The notes under the pieces: model-generated | What the model saw: only the letters and a program-made list of their open reading frames with translations | The model's database searches: none | What the model was told of the DNA's origin: nothing | Source: a virus | Reading direction: 5' to 3' (one strand) | DNA: 64,000 nt | Virus record (IMG/VR): IMGVR_UViG_3300046804_003510 | Location: 5,505 to 69,504 of that record | Part shown: piece after piece, positions 58,682 to 64,000 of the stretch | Position numbering within the stretch: the stretch's first letter is position 1 | Layout: each line of letters begins with the position of its first letter | Position numbers and translations under genes: made by a program

Positions 58682-60972
58682 GCAACGGGTTAAAAGTTAA
58701 AAAGAGGAATGGTTCTATTGAACCTTTGAATCTTGATAAAATGCATTTGATGGTGGAAGAAGCATGTAAAGGAATTGCTGGAGTTTCTGCTTCACAGGTT
58801 GAAATGCAATCTGGAATTCAATTTTATGATGGCATTACAACTGCAGAAATCCAGGAAATTCTGATTCGTTCTGCATCAGATTTGATTGATTTGGATCACC
58901 CAAATTATCAGTTTGTTGCTGCACGTCTTCTTCTTTTTTCTTTGAGGAAGAGTCTTTATGGTGGAATCAAAGACTTTCCTCATCTGGAGAAGCATATTTA
59001 CAAATGTGTAAATCATGGTGTCTATGATAATGAGATTTTTGTAAAATATTCTAAGGAAGAGATTGATAAGGTAAATAGTTTTATTGACCATGATCGTGAT
59101 ATGCTCTTTACCTATGCAGGGTTGAGGCAGGTTGCTGATAAGTATTTGGTTCAGGATAGGAGCACTGGAAAAGTCTTTGAGACTCCACAGTTCATGTACA
59201 TGATGATTGCTCTAACTATCTTTGCAGAATATCCAAAAGAAACTCGTTTAGATTACGTTAAGAGATACTATGATGCAATTTCAAAGCACAAAATCAACAT
59301 TCCTACGCCAATCATGGCAGGTGTTAGAACCCCACTTCGCCAATTTGCAAGTTGTGTTCTTGTTGATGTTGATGATACCCTTGACAGTATCTTCAGCTCT
59401 GATATGGCAATTGGTAGGTATGTTGCTCAGAGAGCAGGAATTGGTATCAACGCAGGTAGAATCAGGGGCATCAACAGTAAAATCAGAGGTGGAGAAGTTC
59501 AGCACACAGGTGTTGTCCCTTTCCTCAAGAAGTTTGAAGCAACTGTCCGATGCTGCACTCAAAATGGCATCAGAGGTGGATCAGCAACTGTCCACTTTCC
59601 AATCTGGCACCAAGAAATAGAAGATATTATTGTTCTGAAAAATAATAAGGGAACTGAAGATAATCGTGTTCGTAAGTTAGATTATTCCATTCAAATTTCC
59701 AAGCTCTTCTATGAAAGATTCATCAACAATCAAGAAATTTCACTTTTCAGTCCCCACGATGTTCCTGAGCTTAGTGCTAGTTTTGGGCTTGATGGATTTG
59801 ACGATTTATATGTGGATGCAGAACGAAATGAATCTATTCCAAGAAAAACTGTTAGGGCTCAAGAACTCATTCTGGAACTTCTAAAGGAACGTGCAGAAAC
59901 TGGTCGTATTTACATTATGAATATTGACCACTGCAATTCTCATTCTTCTTTCTTAGATAAAGTAGAGATGAGTAATCTTTGTCAAGAGATTACACTTCCC
60001 ACCAAACCCCTTCAGCATATTGATGATCCAGAAGGAGAAATTGCTCTGTGCATTCTTTCTGCCATTAATGTTGGTAAGGTAAAGTCTGATGATGAATTTG
60101 AAGAACTCTGTGACCTTTCAGTTCGTGGATTGGAAGAATTAGTTGATTATCAGAAGTATCCAGTTGCTGCTGCAGAGATTGCCACAAAGGCACGTAGGTC
60201 TCTTGGAGTAGGTTTTATTGGACTGGCACACTATCTTGCCAAACTTGGATTCAAATATGAATCACAAGAGGCATGGGATGCTGTTCATGGTCTGTCTGAA
60301 TCTTTCCAATACTATCTTCTCAAATCATCTAATCAGATTGCCAAAGAGAAGGGTGCCTGTAAGTATTTTAACAGAACCAAATATTCTCAAGGCATTTTGC
60401 CAATTGATACATACAAAAAGGACGTAGACGAAATTTCATCCATTCCACTTCAACATGACTGGGAATCTCTTAGGGTATCTATCCTGGAACATGGACTCAG
60501 ACACTCAACACTGTCCGCACAGATGCCATCGGAGAGCAGTTCCGTTGTGTCAAATGCCACAAATGGAATTGAACCTCCTCGTGGATTCTTGTCCATTAAG
60601 AAGTCCAAGAAAGGACCTCTTAAGCAGATTGTCCCTCAATACCAACACCTTAAAAACAATTATACGCTCCTCTGGGATATGCCTGGGAATACTGGTTATA
60701 TTAATATTGTTGCAGTTATGCAGAAGTTCTTCGATCAAGCAATTTCTGGAAACTGGAGTTACAACCCAGAAAATTATGATAATAATGAAGTTCCTGTTAG
60801 TGTGATGGCACAAGATCTTCTTTCTACATATAAGTATGGTTGGAAGACAAGTTATTATCAGAATACATATGATAACAAAACAGATGAAGTTAAGGAGGAA
60901 TCAGTTAATTTAGATGCCCTTGTCCAAGAACTATTAGAAGCGGAGGAAGATTGTGAATCCTGTAAAATTTAG
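58678..60972 (+). CDS. nrdA: Ribonucleotide reductase class Ia alpha subunit
   Basis: ATP cone VKKRNG, PTPIMAG, QFASCVL, SNLCQEI, ALCILS, MPSESSS...NGIEP. Confidence 0.97.
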   Translation: MSNGLKVKKRNGSIEPLNLDKMHLMVEEACKGIAGVSASQVEMQSGIQFYDGITTAEIQEILIRSASDLIDLDHPNYQFVAARLLLFSLRKSLYGGIKDFPHLEKHIYKCVNHGVYDNEIFVKYSKEEIDKVNSFIDHDRDMLFTYAGLRQVADKYLVQDRSTGKVFETPQFMYMMIALTIFAEYPKETRLDYVKRYYDAISKHKINIPTPIMAGVRTPLRQFASCVLVDVDDTLDSIFSSDMAIGRYVAQRAGIGINAGRIRGINSKIRGGEVQHTGVVPFLKKFEATVRCCTQNGIRGGSATVHFPIWHQEIEDIIVLKNNKGTEDNRVRKLDYSIQISKLFYERFINNQEISLFSPHDVPELSASFGLDGFDDLYVDAERNESIPRKTVRAQELILELLKERAETGRIYIMNIDHCNSHSSFLDKVEMSNLCQEITLPTKPLQHIDDPEGEIALCILSAINVGKVKSDDEFEELCDLSVRGLEELVDYQKYPVAAAEIATKARRSLGVGFIGLAHYLAKLGFKYESQEAWDAVHGLSESFQYYLLKSSNQIAKEKGACKYFNRTKYSQGILPIDTYKKDVDEISSIPLQHDWESLRVSILEHGLRHSTLSAQMPSESSSVVSNATNGIEPPRGFLSIKKSKKGPLKQIVPQYQHLKNNYTLLWDMPGNTGYINIVAVMQKFFDQAISGNWSYNPENYDNNEVPVSVMAQDLLSTYKYGWKTSYYQNTYDNKTDEVKEESVNLDALVQELLEAEEDCESCKI

Positions 60973-62137
60973 AACTACTTCAGAGGAACCAAAGAGCATG
61001 AATGGAATGACGGTATTCAATACCAATCAAGTTGATTCTAAAAAACAAACTATGTTTTTTGGTCAACCTCTTGGTCTTCAAAGATATGATACCTATAAGT
61101 ATCCTATTTTTGATAAACTGACACAACAGCAACTTGGATACTTCTGGAGACCTGAAGAAGTTTCTCTTCAAAAGGATCGTTCTGATTATGGTCAACTTAG
61201 ACCAGAACAGAAGCACATCTTTACTTCTAATCTGAAGTACCAGATTCTTCTGGATTCTGTTCAGGGTCGTGGTCCCAGTATGGCATTTGCACCATACTGC
61301 TCACTTCCTGAACTTGAATCCTGTATGAAGGTGTGGGAGTTTATGGAGATGATTCACTCCAGATCTTATACATACATTATTAAAAATGTGTATTCCAATC
61401 CTTCTGAAGTCTTTGATTCTATCTTAAGTAATCATCAGATTTTAGAACGTGCAGAAACAGTTACAGAAGCCTATAATGACTTCATCAATTCTGCTCAACA
61501 TTATGGAACATCTAATGCTTGGATCTTTGCTCAGGAAGGTGCAGGTTCTGCCAAAGAAGAAAGAATAGAACTTAAAAGAAAACTTTATCGTGCTATTGCA
61601 AATGTCAACATTCTCGAAGGTATCAGGTTTTATGTCTCGTTCGCTTGCAGCTTTGCATTTGGTGAACTCAAACTTATGGAAGGATCCGCTAAAATTATCT
61701 CTCTCATCGCAAGAGACGAAAATCAGCACCTTGTCATTACTCAAAACATCCTCAATAAGTGGAATGAAGGCGATGATCCAGAAATGCGACAAATTGCTAA
61801 AGAAGAAGAGGAATGGGTAAAAACTGCCTTTGATACTTGTGTGAATCAAGAGAAGGCATGGGCACAATATTTGTTTAAAGATGGTTCTATGATTGGTCTA
61901 AATGACAAACTTCTCAATAGTTATGTTGAATGGATTGCCAATAGAAGAATGCGTGCTATTGGAATGAAACCACTCTATGACATTCCTGCTAAGAATAATC
62001 CACTTCCTTGGACTGAGCACTGGATTTCTTCTAAAGGACTTCAAGTGGCACCACAAGAAACAGAAGTTGAGAGTTATGTGGTTGGAGGGATTAAACAAGA
62101 TTTGAAAAAGGATAGTTTTGCTGGGTTCAAACTTTGA
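60953..62137 (+). CDS. nrdB: Ribonucleotide reductase class Ia beta subunit
   Basis: FWRPEEV, LDSVQGR, EMIHSRSY, LEGIRFYVSF, RDENQH, APQETEVESY. Confidence 0.97.
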   Translation: MNPVKFRTTSEEPKSMNGMTVFNTNQVDSKKQTMFFGQPLGLQRYDTYKYPIFDKLTQQQLGYFWRPEEVSLQKDRSDYGQLRPEQKHIFTSNLKYQILLDSVQGRGPSMAFAPYCSLPELESCMKVWEFMEMIHSRSYTYIIKNVYSNPSEVFDSILSNHQILERAETVTEAYNDFINSAQHYGTSNAWIFAQEGAGSAKEERIELKRKLYRAIANVNILEGIRFYVSFACSFAFGELKLMEGSAKIISLIARDENQHLVITQNILNKWNEGDDPEMRQIAKEEEEWVKTAFDTCVNQEKAWAQYLFKDGSMIGLNDKLLNSYVEWIANRRMRAIGMKPLYDIPAKNNPLPWTEHWISSKGLQVAPQETEVESYVVGGIKQDLKKDSFAGFKL

Positions 62138-62143
62138 CCAGGG

Positions 62144-62172
62144 TTGACAACCTTGTTTTCATGGTTTAAAAT
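62144..62172 (+). promoter_or_regulatory. sigma70-type promoter
   Basis: TTGACA, 17 nt, TAAAAT upstream of 62209. Confidence 0.75.
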
Positions 62173-62208
62173 TTGATCAAATGTTATATTTTCTAATAAT
62201 TAAATATC

Positions 62209-62706
62209 ATGACATCAAAAACATCTTTGGCAGATATTGAACAAAAGCACCCTGGGTTCAGGTATCACTATAACAATAAATGGCAAATTATTGTAAAAAG
62301 TGCTTTGCACAGACAAGCACAAAGAAATTCTGAAAGTGAATATCTTAGAGGAATTAAATCAATTATTGAATCAGAGTGGCCTTATTTAAATGATATTGAA
62401 TTGAATTCTGTTACAGACAGAATTTCTGGAAGATTTAATAATAATATGGACAGGCCAGAATGGAATGAATATAGAAAACTTTTGCCAAATTTATTTAAAA
62501 AACATGATAAAAAGCGAAATAAATCTCACGAAACTATTTCTAATTGTTTAAATATTTCAACTATTTTCCAAGAACCTAAAGTAGAAAACTTTGAAATAAA
62601 AGAAAAAAAATATACTGTAACAAAAGTAACATCTTCTGGAGAATCTATTTCAGTTCAAGATGTGTATAAGGATGACTTGTCTACAATCATAGAAATGCTT
62701 AAGTAA
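62209..62706 (+). CDS. Hypothetical protein (stand-alone cassette)
   Basis: 165-aa ORF with its own promoter and terminator; no motif recognised. Confidence 0.65.
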   Translation: MTSKTSLADIEQKHPGFRYHYNNKWQIIVKSALHRQAQRNSESEYLRGIKSIIESEWPYLNDIELNSVTDRISGRFNNNMDRPEWNEYRKLLPNLFKKHDKKRNKSHETISNCLNISTIFQEPKVENFEIKEKKYTVTKVTSSGESISVQDVYKDDLSTIIEMLK

Positions 62707-62709
62707 AAA

Positions 62710-62737
62710 GGAGGGAGGTCTTAGGACCTTCTTTTTT
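62710..62737 (+). terminator. Intrinsic terminator
   Basis: GGAGGTC-ttag-GACCTTC followed by T run. Confidence 0.75.
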
Positions 62738-62744
62738 ATAAATA
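62737..62744 (+). promoter_or_regulatory. T4-type late promoter
   Basis: TATAAATA upstream of 62767. Confidence 0.75.
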
Positions 62745-62766
62745 ACTAAAAAGGATTTTGTGCGTC

Positions 62767-63420
62767 ATGGCAGGACTCAATAACATTAGAGAAGCATATG
62801 AGCAAGTTTATTCTGAAGCATTAAGTGCTGATGAAAAGGCACTTAGAAGAGAATTAGCCGCTGATAAGAGAGCAAGTAAAATGGCACCAAGTGTTGCCTC
62901 TAAGTATGCAAGCTCAGAAGCACAGTCTGCTAAAAGAGCAGATACTAAGTCAAAGGGCAAGCACATTCATGGAACTGTTGATGAAGAGCATGAGTGTGAA
63001 ACTCCAAGAACCAGAAAGCCTTCTCAAAGAAAGAAGATGCAGCATCTGAAAGATCTTCTTGATAAGAAAGAAACTCCTAAAGAAGAGTTTGAGATTGAAG
63101 AAGGAACTATGGATATTAAGCACTGGGAAATCCCTCAAAAGGAAAGAGATGCTGCTAGAGCAAGAGCACTTGCCAAATCAAAGGCAGCAAGAGAAAAGAA
63201 AAAAACCAATAATGAAGAGTTTGTATCAGAAAGAGCACTTGATACAGCAGAAACTGGAGAAAAGGAAAGACTTGTAAAAGGTCTGAAAAAATCTGCTGCA
63301 GATTTTAAAAAGAGATATGGTTCAAGATGGAAAAATGTAATGTATGCTACTGCTACTGCAAGAGCAAAAGAGCATATGGATACTTCAAAATCTGATAGAA
63401 GATATTCTGTTGAAAGATGA
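62767..63420 (+). CDS. Modular charged late protein, probable internal head protein
   Basis: N-terminal IREAYEQVY; C-terminal KERLVKGLKK...DFKKRYG.RWK.VMYATAT..AK module. Confidence 0.65.
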   Translation: MAGLNNIREAYEQVYSEALSADEKALRRELAADKRASKMAPSVASKYASSEAQSAKRADTKSKGKHIHGTVDEEHECETPRTRKPSQRKKMQHLKDLLDKKETPKEEFEIEEGTMDIKHWEIPQKERDAARARALAKSKAAREKKKTNNEEFVSERALDTAETGEKERLVKGLKKSAADFKKRYGSRWKNVMYATATARAKEHMDTSKSDRRYSVER

Positions 63421-63872
63421 GATTTAATTTCCAGTTTGGAAAGAAACAAAGATCAGTATGGGATTATGCTTTATGGAGCATAATCCTTTTTTCTTTTATA
63501 TCCATGGCATCAATAGTTTTCAAAGTAGATGAGAAAACTCTTTGGAGATTATTAGATCAAATACAACGAGAACTTATTAAACTTGATTTACTTCCACAAG
63601 ATAATGTTATTAATGATTTAATTATTGGAACACCTGAACTCCTGGATAACAGAGTCAAGAATGATGTGGATGATGCCATACGATCCTATGAGGAATCTCT
63701 GCCTCCAGAGACTCCCAGGATGACCAACAAGACCATCCTAGAGGCACTAGAGTCCCCAAAGTTCTCTGAGACCCAGAGACTGGTGGTAAAGGATGCCATA
63801 TACTATGAGTGCCCTGGAGGAGTCATGGGCATCAGAGGAGCATGGGTTGACAAGGACCCAGAATGTAATTAG
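63417..63872 (+). CDS. Hypothetical protein with N-terminal transmembrane helix
   Basis: FNFQFGKK then YALWSIILFSFISMASIVF; C-terminal Cys pair. Confidence 0.65.
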   Translation: MRFNFQFGKKQRSVWDYALWSIILFSFISMASIVFKVDEKTLWRLLDQIQRELIKLDLLPQDNVINDLIIGTPELLDNRVKNDVDDAIRSYEESLPPETPRMTNKTILEALESPKFSETQRLVVKDAIYYECPGGVMGIRGAWVDKDPECN

Positions 63873-63875
63873 AAT
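63847..63875 (+). promoter_or_regulatory. sigma70-type promoter, twin of the antisense promoter at 36300-36328
   Basis: TTGACA (63847-63852), 17 nt, TAGAAT (63870-63875). Confidence 0.75.
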
Positions 63876-63898
63876 CACTCTGTTAAGGATGAAGGATA
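63868..63898 (+). repeat. 31-bp repeat copy 2
   Basis: ATTAGAATCACTCTGTTAAGGATGAAGGATA, exact reverse complement of 36277-36307. Confidence 0.95.
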
Positions 63899-63923
63899 AA
63901 TAATACCTTTAGATATGATTTAG

Positions 63924-64000
63924 ATGTCCTATGAGAATCCTTGGAGATATCTTGGGGAAATTTTTGATACAGATAATATTCAAGACAGCTTTGGTTTTGT
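63924..64000 (+). CDS. N-terminus of a probable GIY-YIG-family protein (3' truncated)
   Basis: MSYENPWRYLGEIFDTDNIQDSFGFV resembles the YENPW...GFVY start of a conserved cyanophage GIY-YIG-like protein; ATAAATA at 63896; catalytic motif lies outside the window. Confidence 0.5.
   Translation, partial: MSYENPWRYLGEIFDTDNIQDSFGF

Noticed and set aside
46019-62137. Introns, inteins or homing endonucleases in gp43, uvsX, gp41, gp61, nrdA, nrdB
   Set aside because: All are uninterrupted ORFs of ordinary length with no intein motifs seen.
211-63449. Numerous short minus-strand and alternate-frame ORFs in the ORF track (for example 32982-33476, 48594-49103, 61442-61867, 32500-32991)
   Set aside because: They fully overlap well-conserved plus-strand genes, lack SD or promoter support and look like shadow frames from codon bias.
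1-64000. CRISPR array, tRNA genes, integrase or transposase, photosynthesis genes
   Set aside because: No regularly spaced repeats, cloverleaf signatures or recognisable such genes were found; intergenic gaps are short. This was a visual scan only.
1-64000. Alternative genetic code or systematic stop-codon readthrough
   Set aside because: Core genes are full length under the standard code, and TAA, TAG and TGA all act as stops.

Overview
This is the core region of an AT-rich T4-like myovirus, most likely a cyanophage (Kyanoviridae-like gene set and order: hsp20, mazG, cyanophage-type gp7/VrlC, class Ia nrdAB). All supported genes are on the + strand. Bases 1-34000 hold the virion module (baseplate gp7/gp8, VrlC-like protein, gp13-gp23, gp3). 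Bases 34000-62137 hold the recombination, replication and nucleotide module (uvsY, uvsW, gp55, gp47, gp46, gp45, gp44, gp62, regA, gp43, uvsX, gp41, gp61, nrdA, nrdB) with accessory genes interspersed. T4-type late promoters (TATAAATA), sigma70-type promoters and intrinsic terminators are readable directly. I saw no tRNA, CRISPR array, intron or intein. Four observations stand out. (1) A perfect 31-bp inverted repeat about 27.6 kb apart (36277-36307 and 63868-63898), each copy being the -10 and leader of a consensus TTGACA-17-TAGAAT promoter; the two face outward from the replication module, and the left one fires antisense. (2) Late genes, including a nucleotidyltransferase and a cytidyltransferase-like enzyme, start with T4 capsid-targeting-like sequences, which suggests packaged and injected enzymes. 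(3) A ROSE-like RNA thermometer precedes hsp20. (4) Several modular late proteins look like protease-processed polyproteins. Functional readings of all four are inference.
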